Source: Alphaproteobacteria bacterium (lineage in GTDB: Bacteria > Pseudomonadota > Alphaproteobacteria > Rickettsiales > SXRF01). Taken from it: 64,000 bases of DNA. The DNA lies in NCBI GenBank assembly GCA_033763775.1, contig JANRJW010000008.1, positions 7,256 to 71,255 on the forward strand. Reading direction: 5' to 3'. A program made the translations under genes and the position numbers. Below, piece by piece: positions 36,048-44,365 of the stretch (position 1 is its first letter; each line of letters starts with the position of its first letter). A model generated the notes under the pieces. The model worked only from the letters and a program-made list of their open reading frames with translations, did not search any database and was not told the DNA's origin.

Positions 36048-36995
36048 ATGGATAAGCCATTGTGGATGTGGGGTGTATTCCTGCTGATTGTGGTTATTCT
36101 TCTGGTTCTTGACCTTGGTGTCCTGCACCGCAAGCAGCGCGAAATTGGCGTGAGGGAAAGCCTTGGACTCAGCGCGTTTTATATCATGATCGGCCTGCTT
36201 TTTGGCGGCTGGGTATGGTATGAGCTTGGCGCGCAAAGCGGCAAAGAATACTTAACCGGCTTTGTCGTCGAAAAAACGCTGGCGATGGACAACATCTTCG
36301 TCATTTCGCTGATCTTCACTTATTTCGCCATTCCGCGCATCTACCAGCACCGCGTACTATTCTGGGGGATTCTCGGCGTGATTATTCTGCGTGCGATCAT
36401 GATCGGTCTTGGCGCTACGCTGGTATCACAGTTCAGCTGGATTCTTTATATTTTCGCACTGTTCTTGATCGCCACTGGCATCAAGATGTTCTTCATGATC
36501 GATAAACTGCCGGATATATCCCAGAATCCGCTGCTGCTGATGATGAAGAAACATATGCGCATTACCAACGAGCTGCATGCAGAAAAATTTGTGGTCAAAA
36601 AACCTGACCCAAAACAAGCAGATAAGTTAGTGTTGTGGTATACCCCGCTCTTTGTGGCGCTGATATTGATTGAATTTGTGGATCTGATTTTCGCGGTCGA
36701 CAGCGTGCCGGCGATTTTCGCCATCACCACCGATCCGTTCATTGTCTATACCAGCAATATTTTTGCGATTCTCGGCCTGCGCGCGCTTTATTTTGCGCTG
36801 GATGCGGTGATTCACCGCTTCAAATACCTGAAATATGCGCTGGCGATGACGCTGGTGTTTATTGGCAGCAAAATCTTCCTTGCGGATTTGATGGGGCTTG
36901 AGAAATTTCCGGTGTGGATTTCGCTAACGGTCACGCTCGGGCTGATCGGCGGCGGTATTATCTACTCGCTTTATAAAACGCGTAAAACCGTTTAA
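36048..36995 (+). CDS. TerC family integral membrane protein
   Basis: Motifs EKTLAMDNIFV and FAVDSVPAIFAIT, with about 9 TM segments. Confidence 0.85.
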   Translation: MDKPLWMWGVFLLIVVILLVLDLGVLHRKQREIGVRESLGLSAFYIMIGLLFGGWVWYELGAQSGKEYLTGFVVEKTLAMDNIFVISLIFTYFAIPRIYQHRVLFWGILGVIILRAIMIGLGATLVSQFSWILYIFALFLIATGIKMFFMIDKLPDISQNPLLLMMKKHMRITNELHAEKFVVKKPDPKQADKLVLWYTPLFVALILIEFVDLIFAVDSVPAIFAITTDPFIVYTSNIFAILGLRALYFALDAVIHRFKYLKYALAMTLVFIGSKIFLADLMGLEKFPVWISLTVTLGLIGGGIIYSLYKTRKTV

Positions 36996-37484
36996 TCAGA
37001 ATACATCATCTTCGATGCGGCAAAGATAACTGAAAGCGCGCTGAAGTGGGTTTGCACTGCTTGCCATCGCCACACGAAGACGCTCTTCGTCCCTGAAGGC
37101 TTCCGCCTCTTCGCGTGCGGCTTTCAGCGCCGCTTTGAGGTCAATGGTCAGCATGTGTTTATCGTAGATGGCCTGCCAGATTTTCTGTTCCACTTCAGAA
37201 AAATCGCCATCAATATGAAAAAGAACGCGGGCAAAATTAATCAGATGAGCGCGATCTCGCTTATCAGTAATTTCGCCAAAAATATTTTCAATCGCTATGC
37301 CCTGATGCAGATCTTTATCGAGCTGCGCCTGCTGCGCGTCAGAAAAATCAAACTGCTGCCAATATTCATGGATTAAATCCATTTCAGAATTCGACAGGCG
37401 ATGATCACTATAGGCAAGCGCAATCGCGCCGCGCCACATGGCGAATTTACTTTCGGTAACCGGCACTCGTCGAACAACTTTCAT
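36996..37484 (-). CDS. Hypothetical protein, possibly TerB-like
   Basis: 162-aa helical acidic protein. The repeated pattern D...S..E...I resembles TerB-type domains. It converges on terC with zero spacing. The assignment is weak. Confidence 0.35.
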   Translation of the reverse strand: MKVVRRVPVTESKFAMWRGAIALAYSDHRLSNSEMDLIHEYWQQFDFSDAQQAQLDKDLHQGIAIENIFGEITDKRDRAHLINFARVLFHIDGDFSEVEQKIWQAIYDKHMLTIDLKAALKAAREEAEAFRDEERLRVAMASSANPLQRAFSYLCRIEDDVF

Positions 37485-37554
37485 AGCAATCTCCTCGTAT
37501 CAGTTTTTTAAACCATAATGGTTAATAATACCCTTCCTGAGCAGTGTTGCTATT

Positions 37555-37609
37555 GTCATCCTGAGCGAAGCGAAGGATCTTCAGATTCCTCGCTTACACT
37601 AGGAATGAC
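37555..37609. repeat. Short-form GTCATCC...GGAATGAC palindromic element
   Basis: GTCATCCTGAGCGAAGCGAAGGATCTTCAGATTCCTCGCTTACACTAGGAATGAC. It ends 6 nt before the holin start codon. Confidence 0.82.
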
Positions 37610-37615
37610 AAACAT

Positions 37616-38029
37616 ATGCTCCAAACCCTCATCCCCGCCATTTCCCAACTGCTCGACAAGCTGATCCCCGACCCGGCCGCGCGCGAGCAGGCGAAAATCG
37701 AGCTACTGAAAACCGAGCGCGAAAGCGACCTGGAGGCGCTGCGCCTTGCCCTTTCCGCCGATCAGGCGCAAACGGAAATCAACCAGCAGGAGGCCGCGCA
37801 CAGCGACCGGTTTGTGGCGGGCTGGCGGCCATTCATTGGCTGGGTGTGCGGGGTGGCCTTTGCCTATCACTTCGTGCTGCAGCCGCTGCTGGCCTTTGCC
37901 ATCATGAATAGTGGCGGCGAGGTGAAGCTACCCGCTTTTGATATGGATGCGCTTTCCACCGTGCTGATGGGCATGCTTGGCCTTGGCGGCCTCAGAACGA
38001 TTGAAAAGATTCGTAAAGCTGGTAGATGA
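37616..38029 (+). CDS. 3TM holin (GTA-type holin family, PF11351-like)
   Basis: DKLIPDP...AKIELLK...EINQQEAAHSDRFVAGWRPFIGWVCGVAFAYHFVLQPLL matches my memory of the holin-of-3TMs family. No endolysin is adjacent. Confidence 0.62.
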   Translation: MLQTLIPAISQLLDKLIPDPAAREQAKIELLKTERESDLEALRLALSADQAQTEINQQEAAHSDRFVAGWRPFIGWVCGVAFAYHFVLQPLLAFAIMNSGGEVKLPAFDMDALSTVLMGMLGLGGLRTIEKIRKAGR

Positions 38030-38031
38030 GT

Positions 38032-38108
38032 AACCCTCACCCACGCGCTTTGCGCGTTTCCCTCTCCCTGAAAGGGAGAGGGTCAGGGTGAGGGTCGCTT
38101 TGCGACCC
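38032..38108. repeat. CCCTCACCC/CCCTCTCCC-family element
   Basis: CCCTCACCC...CCCTCTCCCTGAAAGGGAGAGGGTCAGGGTGAGGGTCGCTTTGCGACCC. Its reverse complement closely matches 39297-39345. Confidence 0.85.
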
Positions 38109-38117
38109 AATCGATGT

Positions 38118-38191
38118 GCGGGTGTAGTTCAATGGTAGAACGGCAGCTTCCCAAGCTGCATACGAGGGTTCGATTCCCTTCACCCGCTCCA
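38118..38191 (+). tRNA. tRNA-Gly (anticodon CCC), CCA encoded
   Basis: GCGGGTGTAGTTCAATGGTAGAACGGCAGCTTCCCAAGCTGCATACGAGGGTTCGATTCCCTTCACCCGCTCCA. The acceptor GCGGGTG pairs with CACCCGC, the anticodon loop is TTCCCAA, and the T arm is GGTTCGATTCC. Confidence 0.92.
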
Positions 38192-38349
38192 CTTAGATTT
38201 TCTTAGCAGCTTTGCTGCTTAGAAAATCAAGTGTCCGACGTAGCTCTTTAGAGCGAAGGCGGACTGGTTGAACAATCTCGGCCTTAATTGAAATTTAACG
38301 CAGAATCTAGTATAGCGTAGTTATTCTATCATCATTGTTTGGAGATATT

Positions 38350-38844
38350 ATGCGTTTTCGCACTGCCCTGCTCACCAGCCTTGCCGCCCTCAGCCTGTCC
38401 GCCCCCGCCTCGGCATCGGATTACCTGACCGGCTATGTCGGCTGGTTTGATGTGGTGGATGAAGAAAATGAAGCCACGCAGTTTGGCCTCGAATATCGCC
38501 TAAGCCCCGTTGGCTACGGCCTGCGGCCGACCATTGGTATTGACGTAACTACAGACGGCGCAGTCTATGCGTTTGGCGGGATTAACTGGGAAGTGCCGCT
38601 GATTGATAACCAGCTGTTTCTGATTCCAAACTTCATGGCCGGCGGCTATTCGCAGGGCGATGGCAAGGATCTCGGCCATGGGCTTGAGTTCCGCTCTGGT
38701 ATCGAGCTTTCCTACCAGATGGAAAATAGTCACCGCGTGGGCGTGGCATTTAACCATATCTCCAATGCCAGCCTTGGTGACAAAAACCCCGGCGCGGAGA
38801 CGGTGCTGATTAATTATTCCGTACCGGTGGGCACGTTGTTCTAG
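38350..38844 (+). CDS. Acyloxyacyl hydrolase / PagL-like lipid A deacylase outer-membrane protein
   Basis: Signal peptide ending ASA, a beta-strand-rich sequence, and the catalytic-region motif FNHISNASLG..NPGAE. GGAGA Shine-Dalgarno precedes the ATG at 38350. Confidence 0.62.
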   Translation: MRFRTALLTSLAALSLSAPASASDYLTGYVGWFDVVDEENEATQFGLEYRLSPVGYGLRPTIGIDVTTDGAVYAFGGINWEVPLIDNQLFLIPNFMAGGYSQGDGKDLGHGLEFRSGIELSYQMENSHRVGVAFNHISNASLGDKNPGAETVLINYSVPVGTLF

Positions 38845-38862
38845 GTTTTACCGACGCGTTTC

Positions 38863-38975
38863 GTCATTCCCGCGAAAGCGGGAATCCATTCAAAGCCGCT
38901 TTCTGGCGGCGATAAAGTATTTTTTCTCCTCGCTACCACGGTAAGTATCTGGATCCCCGCTTTCGCGGGGATGAC
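38863..38975. repeat. Composite element: GTCATTCCCGCGAAAGCGGGAATC ... GGATCCCCGCTTTCGCGGGGATGAC
   Basis: Two terminal mini-hairpins in inverted orientation flank a 64-bp spacer. Confidence 0.85.
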
Positions 38976-39267
38976 GATGACGTAACAAAATAGGGCGCGC
39001 CTCCTCCTACGCTAAAGCTTCGGAGGACCGGCTTCGCAGTGTTTGGCGGACGTTGTTTGCATGGCTGCATTCAACTAGCGGCTGCAGGCGGGGTTGGTGC
39101 CGCGAGCAGCGCTGCTGACCCGGATGATCTGCCACACCCAAACCAGACTTTGCTTCGGCCGAAGCAAGGGTGATGATGGTGGGCAAATAGATGTTCGGGA
39201 AGGGGGAAAGTTTACGAAAAATACAATAAGCCGCCATCGCCTGAATTCGCTTTTGCAAATTCTGAAA

Positions 39268-39396
39268 CATTTTCGATTTAATCATGCACAGAGTTTGGGT
39301 CGCTAAACGACCCTCACCCTAACCCTCTCCCTAGTAGGGAGAGGGACACAGCGGCTACAGTGCTGCGGTAGAGGGTGCATGATTAAATCGAAAATG
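39268..39396. mobile_element. MITE-like 129-bp element with perfect 22-bp terminal inverted repeats enclosing a CCCTCTCCC-family repeat
   Basis: CATTTTCGATTTAATCATGCAC (39268-39289) is the exact reverse complement of 39375-39396. The interior carries GGGTCGCTAAACGACCCTCACCCTAACCCTCTCCCTAGTAGGGAGAGGG. Confidence 0.6.
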
Positions 39397-39494
39397 CGCT
39401 AATAGGTGATCTAAAAATAAAGCTGGATTGCCCTAGGATTTTTGAAAAAAACAAAAATCCGGGCAATGACGGGAACGATACTGCCAAGGCTTAG

Positions 39495-39525
39495 CCCAAA
39501 AAAAAGGCCGCCCGGAGGCGGCCTT
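39495..39525 (-). terminator. Rho-independent terminator of the pilin-like gene
   Basis: AAGGCCGCC-cgga-GGCGGCCTT. On the minus strand the hairpin is followed by a run of 8 T. Confidence 0.8.
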
Positions 39526-39549
39526 CCTTTGGTTAGTTACGACAGCAAA

Positions 39550-40389
39550 TTAGAAGCTGGCGCGGATACGCAGGATACACTCAGTGTCGTTTGCGCGAGT
39601 GGTGGTGCCAGTACTGTACTTATCATCCGAGGTTGCAGGATCCGCGGTGCCATTGTTATCTTTACAGATGTTTTCAGTTGGTGTAGCTGCGTTCGCACCA
39701 CCATCTAATGTTGTATAAGTTGCAGTTGCCGATGCTGAAACCACACGGCCAATGGAAGGATTGCCGTCATCCAGCTTTGAATCAATCTGGAATGCATCAA
39801 TCACCGGTATCTGCGACCCATCCGTGTAGGTTGCAACACCGTCTTCAACTGTTGGAATGCCAAGAAAGAAGAAATTCTGACCATTGGCACCGCGTGCCGT
39901 CACCAGTGTACCGCGACCCATTTTAGATACCGGCATGAAGTTGGTCGCCTCATCAATATCGCCTGCCGCGTAGTTGGTAGTTTTGGTTGTTCCTGTTCCT
40001 GCATAGGCGTTGATTGCCTCAGAGATCAGGTTAGCATCGGCCATATGGCTGAAAAATGCCGCAGCCTCATATTGAAATTGGTTACCCGCATCTGCTGCTG
40101 TGGTGGCTGCAATAAACCCATCGCCGTTGCCCGTAGCTGATACAAAACCAAAAGTCGCTGCGTTGTTCATATCGCCCGGCAGCGCGTTATATTTACCGCG
40201 GAAGGTGTTGACCGCTGCATCGTATTTTTCCAGCTGACTGATAGTAGCGCGGAGTTCGGCGGCTTTAATCAGATCCTGGCCGACGAGTACGCCGCCGACG
40301 ATCAGGCCGATGATCACGAGCACGATTGATAATTCAATCAGCGTGAAACCTGATTTTCCAGATTTTGCTCTGGCTTGTTGATTGGTCAT
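39550..40389 (-). CDS. Prepilin-type N-terminal cleavage/methylation domain protein (type IV pilin / pseudopilin-like), 279 aa
   Basis: KSGFTLIELSIVLVIIGLIVGGVLVG is the class-III signal with hydrophobic alpha-1 helix. AGGAGA Shine-Dalgarno. No pil or gsp genes are nearby. Confidence 0.8.
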   Translation of the reverse strand: MTNQQARAKSGKSGFTLIELSIVLVIIGLIVGGVLVGQDLIKAAELRATISQLEKYDAAVNTFRGKYNALPGDMNNAATFGFVSATGNGDGFIAATTAADAGNQFQYEAAAFFSHMADANLISEAINAYAGTGTTKTTNYAAGDIDEATNFMPVSKMGRGTLVTARGANGQNFFFLGIPTVEDGVATYTDGSQIPVIDAFQIDSKLDDGNPSIGRVVSASATATYTTLDGGANAATPTENICKDNNGTADPATSDDKYSTGTTTRANDTECILRIRASF

Positions 40390-40711
40390 AAATTTTCTCC
40401 TGAACTGGGTTATTTAAGGGTTACTGCCCCCGCATATGCTGCGAAAACAGGGTTAATGATGGCTCAGCTCTGCGCCTCTTGCTACTCACTTGTAGGTGCA
40501 TCACAAATTGCGCAACTCTGGCACAACGCTAACAGCCAAAAGTTACCAAAACGTTAGCAAAGATGGATTAATCATGTTTATTTCAGGTGATAAACTCCAT
40601 TCATCATCAAGCACTTAGTGCTTAATCTGCAGATTTCAAAAGATGAGCGGCTATTAATTTGTAAGATTGTTGTTTTGAGGCAACAATTGGGTGGCGTTCA
40701 CTGAACTTCCC

Positions 40712-40731
40712 CCTCTCCCAACGGGGAGAGG
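40712..40731. repeat. CCTCTCCC-aac-GGGGAGAGG mini-hairpin
   Basis: Read directly. It lies just downstream of the DUF1013 gene stop. Confidence 0.6.
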
Positions 40732-40745
40732 ATAAAACAGAGTAA

Positions 40746-41279
40746 CTAACCCGCCTTTACTTCCGGCTTGATTTTCGCGACCACTGCATCGAGCATCGTC
40801 TGCGAGCACAGGCCAAGCAGCACCGGATCACGCGGCTTGATGTTGTTCGAGTTCCAGTGCGTTTTGCCGCGCACTGCGGCAATGGTGTTTTTAGTGGTAC
40901 CGACCAGCTTACCAATCTGGGCATCGCTCATGGTGGGGAAGTTTTTCACCAGCCATGCAATCGCATCCGGTTTATCCTGGCGGCGAGCCACCGGCGTGTA
41001 GCGGCCACCCTTCGATTTTTTGTTGATGTATTGTTTGGCCGTGCCAGCAATGGCAAGGCGCGCGTCGCTGTCCGCCTCGCAGCGCTTGATTTCTTCCATG
41101 GTCAGCTGGCCGTTCGCCGTGGGATCCAGCCCGCGAATACCGCCAGAGACATCACCATCGGCAATGCCCTGCACTTCCAGCGGGTGCATGCCGCAGAATT
41201 CAGCGATCTGCTCAAAGGTGAGCGCGGTGTTTTCAACCAGCCATACGGCGGTTGCTTTCGGCATGAGTGGCAGGGTCAT
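40746..41279 (-). CDS. DUF1013 domain protein (TrcR-like cell-cycle transcriptional regulator family)
   Basis: MTLPLMPKATAVWLVENTALTFEQIAEFCGMHPLEVQGIADG is the highly conserved alphaproteobacterial DUF1013 N-terminus as I recall it. Confidence 0.7.
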   Translation of the reverse strand: MTLPLMPKATAVWLVENTALTFEQIAEFCGMHPLEVQGIADGDVSGGIRGLDPTANGQLTMEEIKRCEADSDARLAIAGTAKQYINKKSKGGRYTPVARRQDKPDAIAWLVKNFPTMSDAQIGKLVGTTKNTIAAVRGKTHWNSNNIKPRDPVLLGLCSQTMLDAVVAKIKPEVKAG

Positions 41280-41293
41280 CGCTTCTTCTCCTT

Positions 41294-41317
41294 GTCATTC
41301 CTGCGAAGGCAGGAATC
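41294..41317. repeat. Solo GTCATTCC-TGCGAAGGCA-GGAATC mini-hairpin (half element)
   Basis: Same terminal module as 38863-38886 and 54789-54812. Confidence 0.7.
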
Positions 41318-41394
41318 CTGAATCTTGGGTCTGTGGGGGATTATCGTGGGTGGTTTTTAGTGGTTTTATTGGCTGAATCAAGTATTTTCAGCGC

Positions 41395-42168
41395 ATGGAA
41401 CCCCTCATTCTTGCAAGCCAGCCAGCTGAAGCCGTGCTTTTACTGACGCTCAGCCGCCCCGAAGCAGCGAACGCGCTGACCAGCGAGCTGGCCAAGCAGC
41501 TGATAGATAAGGTTAAAAATATTCCCTCCTCGGTGCGCTGCATCGTGCTGGCGGGAAGCGGCAAGCATTTCTGCGCCGGCGCCGACCTGAAAGAACGAAA
41601 AAACATGGACGAAACCGCATGGAAAGCCCAGCATGCGCTGTTTCGCGGGGCGCGTGATGCGCTGCTGGAAGCGCCGGTGCCGGTGATCGCCGCGGTGCAT
41701 GGCGCGGCGATGGGCGGCGGGATGGAGCTGGCGCTCGCCTGCGATTTCATTTATGCGGCGGATGATGCGCGTTTTGCGCTGACTGAAGCCACGCTCGGCA
41801 TCATGCCCGGCATGGGCGGAACACAAACCCTGCCCCGCGCCGTGGGCAGCCGCCGCGCGCGTGAATTATTGCTGAGTGGCCAGCCATTTAGCGCGATACA
41901 GGCCTATGAATGGGGCATGGTCAACCGGCTATGCACGCCCGAAACATTGCACAAGGAAGCGATAGAAACGGCGATGATCATCGCCGCCAATGCCCCGCTT
42001 TCCATCAAAGCCATCCGCAGCGCGCTACGCGAAGGGCTGGAAATGCCGATGGATCAGGCGCTTGAAGCCGAACTTCGTCATTATAACCGCCTGCTTTCCA
42101 GCGCTGACCGTCATGAAGGCATGGCCGCCTGGAACGAGAAACGAAAGCCTGTTTTTAAAGGCGAATAG
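41395..42168 (+). CDS. Enoyl-CoA hydratase/isomerase (crotonase) family protein
   Basis: Oxyanion-hole region FCAGADLKE and GGGMELALACD. Confidence 0.87.
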   Translation: MEPLILASQPAEAVLLLTLSRPEAANALTSELAKQLIDKVKNIPSSVRCIVLAGSGKHFCAGADLKERKNMDETAWKAQHALFRGARDALLEAPVPVIAAVHGAAMGGGMELALACDFIYAADDARFALTEATLGIMPGMGGTQTLPRAVGSRRARELLLSGQPFSAIQAYEWGMVNRLCTPETLHKEAIETAMIIAANAPLSIKAIRSALREGLEMPMDQALEAELRHYNRLLSSADRHEGMAAWNEKRKPVFKGE

Positions 42169-42186
42169 CTGCTATACTGGCCGTCC

Positions 42187-43149
42187 ATGCCTAAGCCAAT
42201 CAAAACCCACAAAATCTCACTCGCGCTTCAGGGCGGCGGTGCGCACGCGGCGTTCAGCTGGGGCGTGATCGACCAGCTGCTGCAGAACGAGAGCACCGAG
42301 ATTGAGGCCATCAGCGCCACGAGTGGCGGCGCGATGCTCGCGGTGGTGATGGCGCAGGGCATGATGGAAGGCGGGCGCGAGGGTGCGCGCGATGCGCTGC
42401 TCAAATTCTGGCGCAAAGCCAATATCGCCGCCGGTCTGCTGCCCATTCGCACCACCATTGCTGATAAATTTTTAGGCAATGTCGGGCTTGATCTTTCGCC
42501 CTCCACGGTGGCGCTGGACATGCTGACTAAAATGTTCTCGCCCTACCAGTTCAACCTGTTTGATATCAACCCGATGAAAAGCATCATCGAGGAGATGGTT
42601 GATTTTAAGGTGCTGAATAAAAAAAGTCCGCTCGCGCTTTACATCAACACCACCCACGCGCGCACCGGCAAAAGCCGCATTTTCGACCATAGCGAAATCT
42701 CGCTGGATGCAGTGATGGCCTCCTCTTGCCTTCCTTATATTTTCCGTACCGTGGAGATTGAGGGCGAGCCGTATTGGGATGGCAGCTTTTCCGCCTGCCC
42801 TGCCCTCGCCCCGCTGGTGGGCAGCGGGCGCGATATTGTGCTGGTAGAAGTTCATCCACATTATGTGGAGGAGATTCCTACCGCTGCGGCGGATATTCTC
42901 GATCGTATGACCGAGATCAGCTTCACCGCCGCCCAGCTTTCAGAAATGCGCGCGATTGAGCAATATAATAACATGATTGAAAGCGGCGTGCTGAAGCAGA
43001 AACCAATCACCATACACCGCGTCGAAGCGCAGGACATTCTGCTTGGGCTTGGCCGCTCGAGCAAACTGAATCTCGAATGGAGCTTCCTTATGTACCTCCA
43101 TGATACTGGCATTCAGGCGGCAACTGACTGGCTTGAAAAAAGACGATGA
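42187..43149 (+). CDS. Patatin-like phospholipase
   Basis: Glycine-rich LQGGGAHAAF, the nucleophile elbow SATSGGA and a later DG(S) dyad region (YWDGSF). Confidence 0.8.
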   Translation: MPKPIKTHKISLALQGGGAHAAFSWGVIDQLLQNESTEIEAISATSGGAMLAVVMAQGMMEGGREGARDALLKFWRKANIAAGLLPIRTTIADKFLGNVGLDLSPSTVALDMLTKMFSPYQFNLFDINPMKSIIEEMVDFKVLNKKSPLALYINTTHARTGKSRIFDHSEISLDAVMASSCLPYIFRTVEIEGEPYWDGSFSACPALAPLVGSGRDIVLVEVHPHYVEEIPTAAADILDRMTEISFTAAQLSEMRAIEQYNNMIESGVLKQKPITIHRVEAQDILLGLGRSSKLNLEWSFLMYLHDTGIQAATDWLEKRR

Positions 43150-43757
43150 ATAACCCGTGGAATGATTCGGATGATCCTCTGGATCGTCCTGCGCTGACCC
43201 CAGAGCTTGCAGCGCAGATTAAGAAATGGGCATCACAGCCTCTGAGCGCAGAAGGTCAGCAGGTGCTTGCAGCAAAACTTGCTGGCGTAGCAAAAGAACA
43301 GGAAGACAAGAAAAAAATCCCTCGCCTGAGTCTTACAGAAAATAAAGCGCGGCTCTTTATCGCCGCCGATGCGAATGAAACAGACGGCGATTTAATCCGT
43401 GAATTCAAACAGTGGCTGGATGGTTTTGCCTCTGCCCCTCTTACTGATGCAGCGGTAAGAAAAGAGCTGGTGCGGGGCTTTGCTGAGATTATCACAGCGC
43501 TCGATCAGGACAACCACCCGCTAGCACAAGCCCAAGTCGAGATGCGGGCGAGCGACCGCGCGGTGCTTGATCTTCGCGACCGCATCATGGCGTTGCCAGC
43601 TGTCGCAGCGTCAAATTTTCCAAAAGAAACCGCCAATGGGCTAACGGGACAAATCATCCGCCCTGCCATTGTTGCTGCTGGTAGGCTGGGCATTGCCAGA
43701 CCCAGCATCACCAAAGATTTGTTTATGCGGGAAACACAAAGCGCCGGACGCTACTGA
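43146..43757 (+). CDS. Hypothetical protein (203 aa), translationally coupled to the patatin gene
   Basis: ATGA overlap with the patatin stop. Helical, acidic N-terminus. No motif recognised. Confidence 0.55.
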   Translation: MNNPWNDSDDPLDRPALTPELAAQIKKWASQPLSAEGQQVLAAKLAGVAKEQEDKKKIPRLSLTENKARLFIAADANETDGDLIREFKQWLDGFASAPLTDAAVRKELVRGFAEIITALDQDNHPLAQAQVEMRASDRAVLDLRDRIMALPAVAASNFPKETANGLTGQIIRPAIVAAGRLGIARPSITKDLFMRETQSAGRY

Positions 43758-44365
43758 CCCGTCAGAATCTCGCGCATCGCACCCATGTCTTTCACCTTAT
43801 CCAGCTCACCGGGTTTTGGCACTAGACGCAGTTCCAGTTTGCATACCGCATCCTTAAGCAGCGCTTCTTCCTGTTCATAGACAGTATTGCCGCTGCAAAC
43901 ACCTTTCACCGTGTAGCGCATGTTCAGCGCCACGCCGCTGGCGTGCGAAATACCATCCGCCCAGCCATCATTCTCAAAGCTTACGTTAGCAGCGCCATCG
44001 TCTGCCAGCGCAAAGCTGGTGATGCGCCCTTCGTACATGTAGTCGCTCAGTGGATAGAGCACATTATCGATAAAGGGGATGAACGTGTCTTTGGTGAAAT
44101 CCTGGATAAGCGGTGGGTTTTCGCGGCCGAGCACAGTCTGGATGGTGATGAAAGAAATCTCGAGGCGAACCTTAGCATCCGGCGCAAGGAATATGCCCAG
44201 CGCTGCGCCAATTTTCGCGCGGTCTTTGCTCGCCACCGCCTCGCCAAACGCAGCCAGCGAACGTTCGGCGGCGCGCTTTTTGACCACCGGCGGATACGCC
44301 ATAAAATAATATGCTGCGCCTGCAACCAGCGTGAATACCAGTAGCAACACCGTGAGATATTTCAT
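43751..44365 (-). CDS. Hypothetical membrane-anchored protein (204 aa)
   Basis: N-terminal TM helix LTVLLLVFTLVAGAAYYF. It has a 4-nt overlap with the upstream asparaginase-like gene. Confidence 0.6.
   Translation of the reverse strand: MKYLTVLLLVFTLVAGAAYYFMAYPPVVKKRAAERSLAAFGEAVASKDRAKIGAALGIFLAPDAKVRLEISFITIQTVLGRENPPLIQDFTKDTFIPFIDNVLYPLSDYMYEGRITSFALADDGAANVSFENDGWADGISHASGVALNMRYTVKGVCSGNTVYEQEEALLKDAVCKLELRLVPKPGELDKVKDMGAMREILTGQ

Noticed and set aside
38196-38228. 15-bp-stem hairpin (GATTTTCTTAGCAGC / GCTGCTTAGAAAATC, one mismatch) immediately after tRNA-Gly, considered as a terminator or att site.
   Set aside because: No T run follows it and I found no second copy in the window, so neither role can be supported.
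39007-39285. 92-aa ORF on the minus strand inside the repeat-rich spacer, and the 88-aa ORF at 39442..39708.
   Set aside because: The first starts inside a terminal inverted repeat and runs through palindromic elements. The second overlaps the pilin terminator and the pilin gene itself. Neither has an RBS or a plausible protein composition.
40519-40533. TGGCAC-N5-TAAC resembling a sigma-54 -24/-12 promoter in the pilin upstream region.
   Set aside because: It is on the plus strand, pointing away from the pilin gene, and lacks the TTGC -12 element. The minus strand has no acceptable GG-N10-GC match.
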